A stretch of 64,000 nucleotides of DNA from an uncultured Desulfatitalea sp. (GCA_963668675.2 CAXXMB010000002.1:768001-832000); one strand, 5' to 3'. Positions 17,806-28,511 are shown, numbered from the stretch's first letter. The notes: generated from the sequence alone by a model not told the origin. Program-made: numbers and translations.

Positions 17806-19518
17806 TTATCGATCGCGCAATTGCCTGCGTAAAAACTTACCGGTCAGCGTTTTGGGCACCTCGTCGATGATCTCCACGATTCGTGGGTATTTATACGCCG
17901 CCATGCGCTCTTTGCAGAAACGAATCAGTGTCTCGGATGACACCTCTCCGAGTTCCCTGGCCTCATCGGTCAAAGAGACGAATGCTTTGACGGTCTCTCC
18001 ACGGTAGTCATCCGGAACGCCAACAACGGCAGCCTCTTTTACAGCCGGGTGCTGGTAAAGAAGATCTTCAACCTCACGGGGCCACACTTTGAATCCGGAA
18101 ACATTGATCAGATCTTTTTTGCGGTCGACGATGTAGCACCAGCCGAATCTGTCCAACTTGGCCACATCGCCCGTGAAAAAACAGCCACCCCGGATGGCCC
18201 TGGCAGTCTCTTCAGGCTTTTGCCAATAGCCGTCTGTAATACCCGGCCCTTTGATGACAAGCTCCCCCTCCTGCCCCGGCGGCAACTCGACAGTGGGATC
18301 ATCGAGATCCACGATCCATGCATCATGGCCGGGAATCACCAACCCCACAGACAGTGCACCGGACTGCTCGTCCACCGGACCGTCCATTCCCAGCGGTGTG
18401 ATGGTCGCCGGCGAACAACTCTCGGTCAAACCGTAGACATTGTAGATGGTCAGGTGCATGGCCTCGCGAAACCGCCGAACTGTGCCCGGCGACACCGGCG
18501 CCCCGCCGCTGTATGCCTTTTGAAAACGGGCCAGGTCGAACGATTTCAATCGGGGATGGTTCAACAGAGCGATATAGACCGTAATGGCCGCTACCGTAAA
18601 AGTGGCACCGTACTTCTCAATAAGCCGCAGGGTCTCGTCAGCATCAAAGCGGGCCGCCAGTATAATGGGGATGCCCAGATGAAAGGCGATAGCGACATGG
18701 GCCACGATACCGGTGATGTGAAACAGGGGCGCGATCCCGAGGACCACATCACTGTGATCCAGTCGACAGGCCTTTTCATAAACGGCAGCATTGTGCATTA
18801 CATTTCGGTGGCGAATCAAAGCGCCTTTGGCCGGACCGGTTGTTCCTGAAGTATAGACGAGATAGGCAAGATCATCGGGATTGGGTGCCAACGGTTCACG
18901 GGGGGTATCTCCATCCGGTCCCATCAAAGCCATAAAGTCCAGCGTCTGATCCAACTTCAGCTTCCGGACCCCTTCAAACTGCGCAGGTTGACCGTTGCCT
19001 TCCGGTAGCAAATCAACCGGAGAGGTCGTAATGACGCGAATATGGCCATTCCCCGTTACAGCCGGTGCGACCTTGTCTGCGTACAGGTCGTCCTGGCAGA
19101 TGACCACCGCGGCGCCGCAATCATCCAGGTAGTGTTTCAGGTCCTTGCTTGTGAACATGGGGTTGAGCGGCACCACCACCGCGCGCCGCATCCAGATGGC
19201 GAGGCACGCGATCACGGACTGGGGGATATTCTGCATGATCACCATGACGCGGTCCCCGGGCGCGATCGCCATACGCTCCAGAGCGCCGGAAAAGCGCAGC
19301 GACCACCTTCTGATCTGGTCAAAGCTGAAGCTTTGGTCGAAGAAGTGGATACAGGCCAACTGCGGGTATTGATCGGCTGACTTTAGAAATGCTTCCAAAA
19401 TGCTTTTCGCCGGAATCCGGACCTCTTCCGGTAACCATTCGGGATATGTTCTTCGCCAATACCTGCTGCATTTATCGGGTGGCATATCATCACCTCTTCC
19501 AGGGTGTCCATCCATCAA
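17806..19518 (-). CDS. Long-chain acyl-CoA ligase (AMP-binding)
   Basis: YTSGTTGPAKG, YGLTE, FTGD, DRKKDLI, PKTLTGK. Confidence 0.93.
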   Translation of the reverse strand: MMDGHPGRGDDMPPDKCSRYWRRTYPEWLPEEVRIPAKSILEAFLKSADQYPQLACIHFFDQSFSFDQIRRWSLRFSGALERMAIAPGDRVMVIMQNIPQSVIACLAIWMRRAVVVPLNPMFTSKDLKHYLDDCGAAVVICQDDLYADKVAPAVTGNGHIRVITTSPVDLLPEGNGQPAQFEGVRKLKLDQTLDFMALMGPDGDTPREPLAPNPDDLAYLVYTSGTTGPAKGALIRHRNVMHNAAVYEKACRLDHSDVVLGIAPLFHITGIVAHVAIAFHLGIPIILAARFDADETLRLIEKYGATFTVAAITVYIALLNHPRLKSFDLARFQKAYSGGAPVSPGTVRRFREAMHLTIYNVYGLTESCSPATITPLGMDGPVDEQSGALSVGLVIPGHDAWIVDLDDPTVELPPGQEGELVIKGPGITDGYWQKPEETARAIRGGCFFTGDVAKLDRFGWCYIVDRKKDLINVSGFKVWPREVEDLLYQHPAVKEAAVVGVPDDYRGETVKAFVSLTDEARELGEVSSETLIRFCKERMAAYKYPRIVEIIDEVPKTLTGKFLRRQLRDR

Positions 19519-19530
19519 CGGCCGACCGGG

Positions 19531-20298
19531 TTACCAGATGGTCCAGCCGCCATCCACATATATGGTTTGTCCCGTAATAAAATCCGATGCCGGAGATGCC
19601 AGAAAAATAACAATGCCCTCCAGCTCGGACAGATGGCCCCAACGCCCCATGGGCGTTCGCTCGTTGATGAATTTGAAGCGCTCCGGATCGTTGCGAATCT
19701 GTGCGACCAGCTCGGTCTCGAAGTAGGTGGGGCCGATGGCATTGACCCGGACCCCTTTGGGGGCCCATTCGATGGCCATCACCTTGGTCATCTGGTCCAC
19801 CCCCCCCTTGGAAGCAGCATAGGCCACCTGATTGGGCAGGCCTACGGCACCCAGAATCGAGCTCATATTGATCACCTTCCCGTATCCCTGATCGATCATC
19901 AAGGGTGCCACGGCCTGGGCGACCAGGAAATACCCCTTCAGGTTGGTGTCGATGACCCGGTTCCACTCCTCTTCCGCATACTCCAGGACCGGTACGCGAT
20001 GATTGACACCGGCATTGTTGACCAGGATATCGATCCGGCCAAAGGCGTCCTGGACGTCGTGCACGGTCTGGGTCACGCGCTGCTTGTCCGTCACATCAAT
20101 AGAGAACCCTTCTGAGCGGCGCCCCCGTTTTCGAATTCGTTTTGACACCCGATCGAGGCCGGTTTTGTCCCGACCGCAAATGACAACATCTGCCCCGGCA
20201 CCGGCCAGCGCGACGGCGCAAACCTCTCCAAGTCCCCGGGTGCCGCCGGTCACCATGGCCACCTTGCCTGCAAGGTCGAATATCTCCAGTCCCATCAT
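19531..20298 (-). CDS. Short-chain dehydrogenase/reductase (gluconate 5-DH/KduD-like)
   Basis: TGGTRGLG, NNAG, YAASK; GGAG ribosome-binding site before ATG 20298. Confidence 0.9.
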   Translation of the reverse strand: MMGLEIFDLAGKVAMVTGGTRGLGEVCAVALAGAGADVVICGRDKTGLDRVSKRIRKRGRRSEGFSIDVTDKQRVTQTVHDVQDAFGRIDILVNNAGVNHRVPVLEYAEEEWNRVIDTNLKGYFLVAQAVAPLMIDQGYGKVINMSSILGAVGLPNQVAYAASKGGVDQMTKVMAIEWAPKGVRVNAIGPTYFETELVAQIRNDPERFKFINERTPMGRWGHLSELEGIVIFLASPASDFITGQTIYVDGGWTIW

Positions 20299-20338
20299 GA
20301 TCTCCTGGCCCGCGCATGCCATCTGAGGCATATGCGCA

Positions 20339-21040
20339 TTACAAAGCGAGATATTTTTTGATGATCACTTCATCTTCCCAGATCGAGGCGATCCGGTCCG
20401 CATGAACGATTCTCCCTTTTTCCAGAATATAACCCCGTTCACATACCCGCCGGCAGAACTTGAGATTCTGATCGGCCATAAGGATGGTCATGCCTCTCTC
20501 CCGGATCTCTTCGATCACGTTGGCAAGGTTCTCTATAATCAGCGGGGCCAGTCCTTCCGAGGGTTCATCCAACAGAATCATATCAGGGTTTGCCATCAGG
20601 GCGCGCCCCATGCCAAGCATCTTCTTTTCGCCGCCGGACAGCAGGATTCCCATCTGTTTGCGCCGGTCGCCCAAAATCGGAAAAAGCTGCTCCACCCGCG
20701 ATTGGTTCCAGTAACCGCCACGGTTGGAGAGTCGCCGTGCGATCTCCAAATTCTCCTCACATGTCAAATCCGGAAAGATGCGCAGATCGTCCGGCATGTA
20801 GGCGATCCCGGCCTTGGCCATAAAGTGCGCCGGTTTGCCAGCCACCTCAGCGCTTTTAAACCGGATGGAACCGCTTTGAGGGGCGGTGAGTCCCATCACC
20901 GACCGGAGGGATGTTGTTTTACCAACGCCATTACGCCCGAGCAGCGCCACAACTTCACCCTCTTTCACATCAAAAGAGATGTCCTGCAAAATATGCGACT
21001 TACTGTAGTAAGTGTTCATCGCGTCCACCTGAAGCATCAT
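20339..21040 (-). CDS. Branched-chain amino acid-type ABC transporter ATPase (LivF-like)
   Basis: GRNGVGKT, LSGGEKKM, LLDEPSEGLAP. Confidence 0.93.
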   Translation of the reverse strand: MMLQVDAMNTYYSKSHILQDISFDVKEGEVVALLGRNGVGKTTSLRSVMGLTAPQSGSIRFKSAEVAGKPAHFMAKAGIAYMPDDLRIFPDLTCEENLEIARRLSNRGGYWNQSRVEQLFPILGDRRKQMGILLSGGEKKMLGMGRALMANPDMILLDEPSEGLAPLIIENLANVIEEIRERGMTILMADQNLKFCRRVCERGYILEKGRIVHADRIASIWEDEVIIKKYLAL

Positions 21041-21798
21041 GCGGCCACCTCTTCTCCCAGATAGACCTCTCTCACCCTGGGATTGTTCTTAACCTCTTCC
21101 GTCGTACCATCGCCGATCACCTCTCCATGATGCAAGACGATGACACGCTCCGAGAGGGAAAAGACAATATCCATATCGTGTTCGACCAGCACAAAGGTCG
21201 TTTGCCCGGACTCGGAAAGGTGCTTGATATTGTCTAAAATACGCACCCGCTCCACCGGATTCATCCCTGCTGTCGGCTCGTCGAGAAAGAGCAGTTTGGG
21301 TTTGGCCGCAAGGGCCACCCCCACCTCCAATACACGCTGATCCCCGTGGGATAGTGCATTGGCAACGGTCTTGGCTTCATGCTGCAGTCCGATTCTCTCC
21401 AGCAACTGATCAACCTCTGCATGCACAGCCACCTCTTTGCCGATCGAACGAAATATACGACGGGTTCGGTTGCTGATGGCCAAGGCCGGCAGTTGGATGT
21501 TGTCAAACACCGTCATCTCCGGGAAGATATTGACCAGTTGAAACGACCGGCACAGCCCCAATTTAACGCGTCGATGAACCGGCAATTGGGTAATATCTTT
21601 GCCGTCAAACAACACACGGCCGCTGTCGGGAAGCAATGAACCGGAAAGCATGTTGATCAGCGTCGACTTACCGGCCCCGTTGGGACCGATGATCGATATC
21701 AACATCCCCTTTTCAAACGACAGGTTCACATTGCTGGCAGCCTGAACACGGCCAAACGACTTGTTCAAATTTTCAATTTTTAAAATTTCAGCTGCCAT
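21037..21798 (-). CDS. ABC transporter ATPase (LivG-like)
   Basis: GPNGAGKST, LSHGDQR, LDEPTAGM, VEHDM. Confidence 0.93.
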   Translation of the reverse strand: MAAEILKIENLNKSFGRVQAASNVNLSFEKGMLISIIGPNGAGKSTLINMLSGSLLPDSGRVLFDGKDITQLPVHRRVKLGLCRSFQLVNIFPEMTVFDNIQLPALAISNRTRRIFRSIGKEVAVHAEVDQLLERIGLQHEAKTVANALSHGDQRVLEVGVALAAKPKLLFLDEPTAGMNPVERVRILDNIKHLSESGQTTFVLVEHDMDIVFSLSERVIVLHHGEVIGDGTTEEVKNNPRVREVYLGEEVAA

Positions 21799-21853
21799 CG
21801 TCTCTTCTCCAAACTCGGCTTTTCTGAAAATTCAAGATCAACACCAGTAACCC

Positions 21854-21980
21854 ATTAAACCGACAAATAAGCAGCCCAACCTTCGTCATCCCGGACTTGA
21901 TCCGGGATCCAGTAATCATCTGGATTCCAGCGAAGACCGGGCACGAAGCTGAAGCTTTAGCGCTATCCAGTCTTTTCAAT
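21854..21980 (+). repeat. Chimeric family A/B element inside the ABC operon
   Basis: A-type left end and hairpin, insert module, then B-type ATCCAGTCTTTTCAAT. Confidence 0.75.
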
Positions 21981-21995
21981 AATTCTGTAAGTTTT

Positions 21996-22934
21996 TCATC
22001 TCTTCCAACTCGAAAGAATACCTACGATTCCCCCACGAAATCCCATGATAATCACAAGCAAAATAAGCCCGAACCACAACATCCAGTTATGGGTAAAACG
22101 CTCGATGATCTCGCGCAGAACCACAAATACGACACTACCGACGATAGGACCGGCAAAGGTCTGGATCCCTCCAATCAACGATACCAGAATCGGCTCTGCC
22201 GAATGGCTCCAGTGGGCGGAGAATGGATCGGTATTGCTCTCCAGTAGTGCTCCCAAAGTGCCCGCCAACCCGGCAAATGTCCCTGAAATCACAAAGGCGC
22301 CCAAACGGTAATTCTTCAGCGATACCCCTGCAAAAGCGATCCGCTTTTCATTCTCCCTGATACCCGCTAATACCAAACCGAACGGAGAGTTGCGGATACG
22401 ATAGATCAAAAAGGCTGACACAACCAGCAACGCCAGGATGAGGAAGTAGAAATATTGCGGTTTGAGGATAGGAATGCTCATGATTCCCAGCGCTATCGGT
22501 GTTCGCATGATGCCGATCAATCCATCATCTCCGCCGGTGATATCGCGCAAATTCCATATGAGGGAGAAAACCATCATACCGAAAGCGAGGGTCAACATGG
22601 CGAAGTAGATCTCTGTATGGCGCACACAGAAAAAGCCGATGATCAAGGAGAGAATACAGGCCGAAACCACCCCGATGAAGATGCCGGCCAGCGGATGTGA
22701 ATGAACATGCAGCGAAAAGAGCCCCAGGCCATACGCACCGGCCGCATAGAACGCGGCATGTCCAAAAGAGAGCAGACCGGTACGCCCGAAAAGCACATTG
22801 TATCCCAAAGCAAAAATGGAGAGGATCATCACCCTCGAGGCCATATAGATCACAAAACGACTGCCGAAGAAGCCGACCAGGATCAAGGTGAGCAATGCGA
22901 GTCCGGCAATCCCCAGTTGCACATACCGATTCAT
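21996..22934 (-). CDS. ABC transporter permease (LivM-like)
   Basis: GLLSFGHAAF, YFAMLTLAF, TGGDDG, IRENE. Confidence 0.93.
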   Translation of the reverse strand: MNRYVQLGIAGLALLTLILVGFFGSRFVIYMASRVMILSIFALGYNVLFGRTGLLSFGHAAFYAAGAYGLGLFSLHVHSHPLAGIFIGVVSACILSLIIGFFCVRHTEIYFAMLTLAFGMMVFSLIWNLRDITGGDDGLIGIMRTPIALGIMSIPILKPQYFYFLILALLVVSAFLIYRIRNSPFGLVLAGIRENEKRIAFAGVSLKNYRLGAFVISGTFAGLAGTLGALLESNTDPFSAHWSHSAEPILVSLIGGIQTFAGPIVGSVVFVVLREIIERFTHNWMLWFGLILLVIIMGFRGGIVGILSSWKR

Positions 22935-23807
22935 TTACGAAGCCTTCCCGAAAAATCCCTGGGGTCGCCATAGCAGCACTGCGGCCATCAGGATAAAGGT
23001 TAAAAACATATCAAAGGCCGGCAAATACCGGGTGCCGAAAGAGGAGAGCAGGCCGATCACCAGCGCACCCAAAAATGCGCCCTTCAAACTTCCTAAACCG
23101 CCGATGACGGCCACTACGAATGCATCGATGATGATCGCCTCCCCCATACCCGGGGTTAAAAGCCCCACATAGGGAACCGCCAAACCGCCTCCCATGGCGC
23201 CGAGCCAGGTTCCGAACACAAAGACGGCTGTAAAGAGAGCAGGCACTTTTACGCCGATCGCCGAAGCCATCTCGCGCTCGGACGATGCTGCTCTGATAAT
23301 ACGGCCGTACCAGGTCTTTTCGATGAGCCCCCACAGACCGAGGGCCACCAGCGGACCGACGACAATAATAAAGAGGTTGTATGTCGGAAAATTGCGTCCA
23401 AGAATGCTGATCGAGCCGGCAAGGCCGGGAACGTTGGGTGATCCCAGCGATCCGGCGCCCCAGATTATCTTTACCAGGTCGTCGAACAGCAGCACAAAGG
23501 CGAAGGTTAAGAGCAGCTGGTAGGGCAAATCAAGCGAATAGACATAGCGCAGAAAATAGCGCTCGATGATAAAACCGACCGAGCAGACGCACAAAGGCCC
23601 TACCAATAGACCGAGCCAGAAATTGTCTCCAAAGAGACTCAGTGCGGTAAAACAGCAGTATGCCCCCAGCATATAGAAACTGCCATGGGCGAAATTGAGC
23701 ACCCCCAACACACCGAAGATGAGGGTCAGGCCGCTTGCCACCAGCCAGATGAACATTCCCGTGGAGAGCCCGGCCAGGCATACATGAACGATGGATTGCA
23801 AACTCAA
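22935..23807 (-). CDS. ABC transporter permease (LivH-like)
   Basis: ASGLTLIFGVLGVLNFAHG, VIGGLGS, RPQG; TTG start after GGAGG. Confidence 0.93.
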   Translation of the reverse strand: MSLQSIVHVCLAGLSTGMFIWLVASGLTLIFGVLGVLNFAHGSFYMLGAYCCFTALSLFGDNFWLGLLVGPLCVCSVGFIIERYFLRYVYSLDLPYQLLLTFAFVLLFDDLVKIIWGAGSLGSPNVPGLAGSISILGRNFPTYNLFIIVVGPLVALGLWGLIEKTWYGRIIRAASSEREMASAIGVKVPALFTAVFVFGTWLGAMGGGLAVPYVGLLTPGMGEAIIIDAFVVAVIGGLGSLKGAFLGALVIGLLSSFGTRYLPAFDMFLTFILMAAVLLWRPQGFFGKAS

Positions 23808-23830
23808 TTCGATCCTCCACCTTCTGGAGT

Positions 23831-23858
23831 CCGGCAGGTGGGCAATCCCACCTGCCGG
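23831..23858. other. GC-rich hairpin between the substrate-binding protein and permease genes (possible mRNA stabiliser)
   Basis: CCGGCAGGTGGG-CAAT-CCCACCTGCCGG perfect 12-bp stem without a U tract. Confidence 0.5.
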
Positions 23859-23939
23859 GTCATTGGTCGGCGACGGCTTGCGACGCAGTCCGTTGCACCT
23901 GCGGATACCGACGCCCGGGAAGGGCCGGCGCCTCAGGCG

Positions 23940-25223
23940 TTAATAGGGAGGATGGGTACCCGCTCCTTCAAAGGGCGGCCGATTGAAGCACTCCTTGGCC
24001 GGCACCATTATCTGCTTCCCCATCACCTTGAAAGGATAGTTGGCATTGGCGGCCGTCAACCCCCAGGGGACATCATACATCGCCTGGTGGTCCTCTTTTC
24101 TGAAATGGCGATACCCGGCCGGAGAATCGAGCATCATGCCCTCCAGGGCCTGGATCACCGCCGCCGTCTCCTTGGAGCCCGCTGCCTCGACGGCCTTTTT
24201 GAACGCATACATGGTAGAGTAGCCCGTCTCGGAGACGTAGGCCGGGTAGTGCTTCCAGCGCTTGCGGAAACGCTGAACCCAATCATTGTTTTGGAGGTTG
24301 TTCGGATAGAGAAAGAAGTAGCGCCCCGATATCCAGATGTTGTCCGGCATCTCGGCCCCAAGTCCCTCCAGCACATCCATGGCCGCACCTACCGGGAACA
24401 TGATGTGCTTGATCTTGTCGAACATGCCGGCCTGCTTGGCCTGTTTCACAAAAGTGATCAACTCTCCGGCCCATTCGGTGGAGTAGAGCCCATCCGGCTT
24501 GGCATCCATAATGGTGTTGATGTGTGATCGGAAATCGGTGGTTCCGAACGGCGCCCATGACTCGGCCGTGAAAGAGGTCCCCGGCTTCAGGGTTCCCAGT
24601 GTATCCTTGAACATCTTCCAGCAGGTGTAGCCATATTCGTATTTTGGACTGATCGTGGCCCATGTCTTGGCCGGCAGATCTTTGGCCACGAAGGCGGCCG
24701 CATTGCCATCCTGGTAGGTCGGGGTACAGATTCGAAAAATCTGTTTGATTCCATTTTTGTAAACCTGCTCTTCGGTAAGCTTCTCCGTCGCCGCATGGGT
24801 CACCATGAGGACCCGATCCAGTTCCGCCACGATCGGCGCCAGGGCCAACGCCTGGCCGGATGAATCCACACCGGCCAAAAAATCGGCGCCCCAGCTATCG
24901 ACAAAGTAGCGCGCATTTTTTATCGCCTCCGGCTTTTTAAGCGTGGAGTCACGAAATTCAACCTCAAGGTTTTTTCCGGCAATGCCCCCGGCGGCGTTGA
25001 TCTCCTCCATGGCCATGGTCGCTCCCATTTTATGAAAGTCGCCATAACCTGCCAGCGTTCCTGACATGATGGCCTGGTAACCCACCTTGATCGGCCCCTT
25101 GATCTTTGGCGTTGCCGCCCATACTCCCGTGGGTTTGGCCACTCCGGCACCCAATGCGGCTGCGCCGGTGGTTAAAATCCCTGTCTGGATAAAACGCCTG
25201 CGTGTCAATCCCTTCTTTGCCAT
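23940..25223 (-). CDS. ABC substrate-binding protein (LivK-like) with Tat signal peptide
   Basis: TRRRFIQ twin-arginine motif; EEINAAGGI periplasmic binding protein pattern. Confidence 0.92.
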   Translation of the reverse strand: MAKKGLTRRRFIQTGILTTGAAALGAGVAKPTGVWAATPKIKGPIKVGYQAIMSGTLAGYGDFHKMGATMAMEEINAAGGIAGKNLEVEFRDSTLKKPEAIKNARYFVDSWGADFLAGVDSSGQALALAPIVAELDRVLMVTHAATEKLTEEQVYKNGIKQIFRICTPTYQDGNAAAFVAKDLPAKTWATISPKYEYGYTCWKMFKDTLGTLKPGTSFTAESWAPFGTTDFRSHINTIMDAKPDGLYSTEWAGELITFVKQAKQAGMFDKIKHIMFPVGAAMDVLEGLGAEMPDNIWISGRYFFLYPNNLQNNDWVQRFRKRWKHYPAYVSETGYSTMYAFKKAVEAAGSKETAAVIQALEGMMLDSPAGYRHFRKEDHQAMYDVPWGLTAANANYPFKVMGKQIMVPAKECFNRPPFEGAGTHPPY

Positions 25224-25644
25224 GGCAATCCTCCCCCTGGTGTATGGTATCCCGTTTAAAATGTGAGGGATTCAAGGAGCATCCCCGGGTAACGGCCAAC
25301 GCCTGCAACACGTTGCAGGCACTATTAAGCGAGTCGGTAAACAGGTCCCGGTGGATGAAAAAACCAAACTACCGGTTACCCATGGAGCGTCGGTAGTACA
25401 AACCTTGCGATGGAGATTGGAGCTGTAGCTTACTCTATCTTAACGGGTTGGAGCTTGTTAACGCTTAACAGGTACAAAAGCAGCATCCTGCAGAAACGGA
25501 TAGCTTCCGGTTGAACACAATCCAAACAAGCTTCTGGAGCCTTTGGTGCGATTTACGATTGCAGTTAAAAATGAATGGAGATGTCTTACAAATTATAGAA
25601 TAATGAATTTTTGTCAAGCGCTTTTTAATGATTCAAAAAAAGAG

Positions 25645-25660
25645 TTTCAACCTGATGAAA
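25645..25660. promoter_or_regulatory. Candidate palindromic operator TTTCA-N6-TGAAA
   Basis: TTTCAACCTGATGAAA; a second copy lies at 25898. Confidence 0.4.
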
Positions 25661-25672
25661 TACCAATAAATT

Positions 25673-25811
25673 ATTGATGAACTCGTAAAAAGTTATTCAT
25701 ACGTCATGCCGGACTTGATCCGGCATCCAGAAGCCATTGAAAAGACTGGATTCCGGCCTTCGCCGGAATGACGGGAAAGGCGCTTTTGGGACTTTTTACG
25801 AGTTCATCAAT
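25673..25811 (+). repeat. Family B element copy 2 (no insert)
   Basis: Perfect terminal inverted repeats ATTGATGAACTCGTAAAAAGT / ACTTTTTACGAGTTCATCAAT. Confidence 0.92.
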
Positions 25812-25897
25812 TATTATTACAATATATTTTATACTATGGCGCATAGGCGCCTCACCGCATGAGGCGACCACTTCATGGCTTAATTTGGGGGACAAAA

Positions 25898-25913
25898 TTT
25901 CACTATAATGAAC
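25898..25913 (+). promoter_or_regulatory. Candidate operator overlapping TATAAT upstream of the XRE regulator
   Basis: TTTCACTATAATGAAC. Confidence 0.4.
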
Positions 25914-26115
25914 CCGAGCTATTGCCAACACTACCAGGCTATGGTAGTCGAATAGGAATCGCATCCACTTTCCGAACGACTCAATCTGTGGCAACAGGGC
26001 AACCACGGCAAGGTACGCTCCGATTCATTCTCAAGGGCACCTGCCGACACGCACCGGTGACAGCGCAGGGCCCCTTGCCGCCTTGCGAAAACGGACGATT
26101 CCAAGAGAGTTTCCA

Positions 26116-26658
26116 ATGAAGCAAATAGGGACTAAACTTCGCGAATTGCGAAAATCGAAGCAGTTGTCGTTGAAACAGCTATCCGAACGGGCCGGATGCG
26201 CTTCGTCTTATCTCTCTATGGTCGAAAACGGCAAGATCGATCCGGGTATTTCACGGTTGAAAAAGATTGCGGACAGCCTCGAAATCACACTGGTCGACCT
26301 GTTTCAGGATCAACTCAACTCGGAGGTTGTGATTCGCAAGCATGAACGGGTGCGCGGTGCCTTCAGAGGATCGAAGACCCAAATTGAAATACTGGTTCCC
26401 AGAACGCCGGACAGGGAAATGGATGCCCGGTTGGCCATTATCGCCCCCGGCGGCAGTTCAGAGGGCACATACCGGCATCCCGGCCAAGAGTTCGGCTTGG
26501 TGTTGTCCGGCAGTATGGATCTGTTCGTCGGTGGAAAAACCTACCATCTATCAAAAGATGACAGCTTCTACTTCTCTTCAACCCAGGAGCACAGTTTCGT
26601 CAATACAAGCGCTGAAGAGACCATTGTCGTGTGGGTCAACCACCCTGCGAGCTGGTAG
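26116..26658 (+). CDS. XRE-family HTH + cupin transcriptional regulator
   Basis: IGTKLRELRK..SLKQLS..YLSMVENG helix-turn-helix; HPGQEFGLVLSG..GDS-like cupin region. Confidence 0.93.
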   Translation: MKQIGTKLRELRKSKQLSLKQLSERAGCASSYLSMVENGKIDPGISRLKKIADSLEITLVDLFQDQLNSEVVIRKHERVRGAFRGSKTQIEILVPRTPDREMDARLAIIAPGGSSEGTYRHPGQEFGLVLSGSMDLFVGGKTYHLSKDDSFYFSSTQEHSFVNTSAEETIVVWVNHPASW

Positions 26659-26671
26659 CGATGCAGGCTTT

Positions 26672-26797
26672 TATTAACCCGGCAATTAATTACCTTAGCA
26701 ATCGTCATTCCGGCGCAGGCCGGAATCCAGACCGTTCCTGGATCCCGGATCAAGTCCGGGATGACAAAGGTTAGCCTATTTAATTGCCGGTTTAATA
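26672..26797 (-). repeat. Family A element copy 6 (no insert)
   Basis: TATTAACCCGGCAATTAA..TTAATTGCCGGTTTAATA with GTCATTCCGGCGCAGGCCGGAATCCAG. Confidence 0.92.
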
Positions 26798-26805
26798 TTT
26801 AAAAC

Positions 26806-26856
26806 AAAAAAGGGTTGAATGGCGCCTTTATCCTTTAAGACGGCATCCAACCCTTT
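26806..26856 (-). terminator. Intrinsic terminator of the second ABC/ligase operon
   Basis: Minus strand AAAGGGTTGGATGCC..GGCGCCATTCAACCC followed by T6. Confidence 0.6.
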
Positions 26857-26882
26857 GCTTTAATGAATCTGCTCTGGCGCTT

Positions 26883-28511
26883 CTAACTGCTCGGCAATTT
26901 ATAGTCTTTGTATTCATCACGAAGCTTGATCTTTAGTAGTTTCCCGGTGGCGGTATGGGGCAGCTCCTTGACGAACACTACATCATCAGGGAGTTGCCAT
27001 TTTGCCAGCGTACCCTTCAGGTGGGCCAGCACAGCCGCCTTATCGACGTCGGCCCCCTCTTCCTTGATGGCGATCAGCAGCGGACGTTCGTCCCACTTGG
27101 GATGGGGTACGGCAATGACGGCAGCTTCGGCGATGCCTGGGCAACCGACGGCGCTGTTCTCCACGTCGATGGAGGATATCCATTCACCGCCAGACTTGAT
27201 AACGTCCTTGGATCGGTCGGTGATCTGCATATAGCCATCTTCATCGATGGTGGCCACGTCGCCGGTATCGAACCATCCATCTTCCAGGATATCACCGCCT
27301 TCACCCTTGAAGTAACCCGAGGTGATCCAAGGCCCGCGCACCATGAGTCGTCCGAAGGCCACACCGTCCCAGGGGAGACTCTTGCCTTGCTCGTCGACAA
27401 TCTTCATGTCCACGCCGTAGATGCCCCGTCCCTGCTTCAGCTGCAGATTGACCTTCTCTTCAAACGAGATGCCCTTGTGTATCTTCTTCATGTTGCAGGC
27501 GGTGCCGAGAGGGCTCGTCTCGGTCATCCCCCAAGCGTGGATGACGCTGACATCGTAATCCCGCTCAAAGGTTTCGATCATCGATCTGGGGGCAGCCGAC
27601 CCGCCGATGACGGTCTTCTTCATGCTGGAAAAACGCTTGTTGTTCTCCTTCATATAGGAGAGCAGCATCAACCAGACGGTGGGCACCCCCAGGGACATGG
27701 TAACCTGCTCGGTCTCCATTAATTCATAGATCGAAGCGCCGTCCATCTGGGCGCCCGGAAGGACCAGCTTGGCACCACTCATGGCGCAGGCGTAAGGGGT
27801 TCCCCAGGCGTTGACATGAAACATGGGAACCACCGGCAGGATAACCTCTTCGTTGGCCGTGCCGACCGCATCCTTGGTGCAGGTCGCAAAACCGTGCAGC
27901 ACTGTAGATCGGTGGCTGAAGAGAACCCCTTTGGGATTGCCGGTGGTGCCGGATGTGTAGCAGAGCATGGCTGCGGCACGCTCGTCGAAAAGGGGCCACT
28001 GGTAGTCGTCGTCGGCTTTGGCAAGCAGCGACTCATAGCAGATCACGTTGGGCAGGCTGCATTCGGGCATGTGAGCCTCATCGGTCATGATCACAAAACC
28101 CTGGACCGTCGAGAGCTGATCGGCCAATTTCTCCAATAGCGGAACAAAGGTCAAATCGGCAAACAGATACTTGTCTTCCGCATGACCGACGATGTAAGCG
28201 ATCTGCTCGGGGAAAAGGCGCGGGTTGATGGTGTGGCAGACAGCCCCCATGCCGGAGACACCAAAGTAGAGCTCCATGTGACGGTAGCCGTTCCAGGCCA
28301 GGGTGGCGATACGCTCGCTCTGTTGGACCCCGAGCCCGGTCAGGGCCTTAGCCAACTGCCGTGAGCGCGCCGCGCAATCCTTGTACGTGTACCGATGAAT
28401 CGGCCCTTCAACGGTTCTGGAGACAATCTCCTCTTTAGCATGATTCACCGCGGCAAACTCGATCAGGTCCGAAATCATCAAAGGGCGTTCTTGCATCAAT
28501 CCCATCAACAT
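26883..28511 (-). CDS. Medium-chain acyl-CoA ligase, DmdB (3-methylthiopropionyl-CoA ligase)-like
   Basis: [13 protein letters not shown]-terminus, [46 protein letters not shown]. Confidence 0.88.
   Translation of the reverse strand: MLMGLMQERPLMISDLIEFAAVNHAKEEIVSRTVEGPIHRYTYKDCAARSRQLAKALTGLGVQQSERIATLAWNGYRHMELYFGVSGMGAVCHTINPRLFPEQIAYIVGHAEDKYLFADLTFVPLLEKLADQLSTVQGFVIMTDEAHMPECSLPNVICYESLLAKADDDYQWPLFDERAAAMLCYTSGTTGNPKGVLFSHRSTVLHGFATCTKDAVGTANEEVILPVVPMFHVNAWGTPYACAMSGAKLVLPGAQMDGASIYELMETEQVTMSLGVPTVWLMLLSYMKENNKRFSSMKKTVIGGSAAPRSMIETFERDYDVSVIHAWGMTETSPLGTACNMKKIHKGISFEEKVNLQLKQGRGIYGVDMKIVDEQGKSLPWDGVAFGRLMVRGPWITSGYFKGEGGDILEDGWFDTGDVATIDEDGYMQITDRSKDVIKSGGEWISSIDVENSAVGCPGIAEAAVIAVPHPKWDERPLLIAIKEEGADVDKAAVLAHLKGTLAKWQLPDDVVFVKELPHTATGKLLKIKLRDEYKDYKLPSS

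Noticed and set aside
25592..25617. Minus-strand TTGACA/TATAAT promoter
   Set aside because: The spacer is only 14 bp, too short for a canonical sigma-70 promoter.
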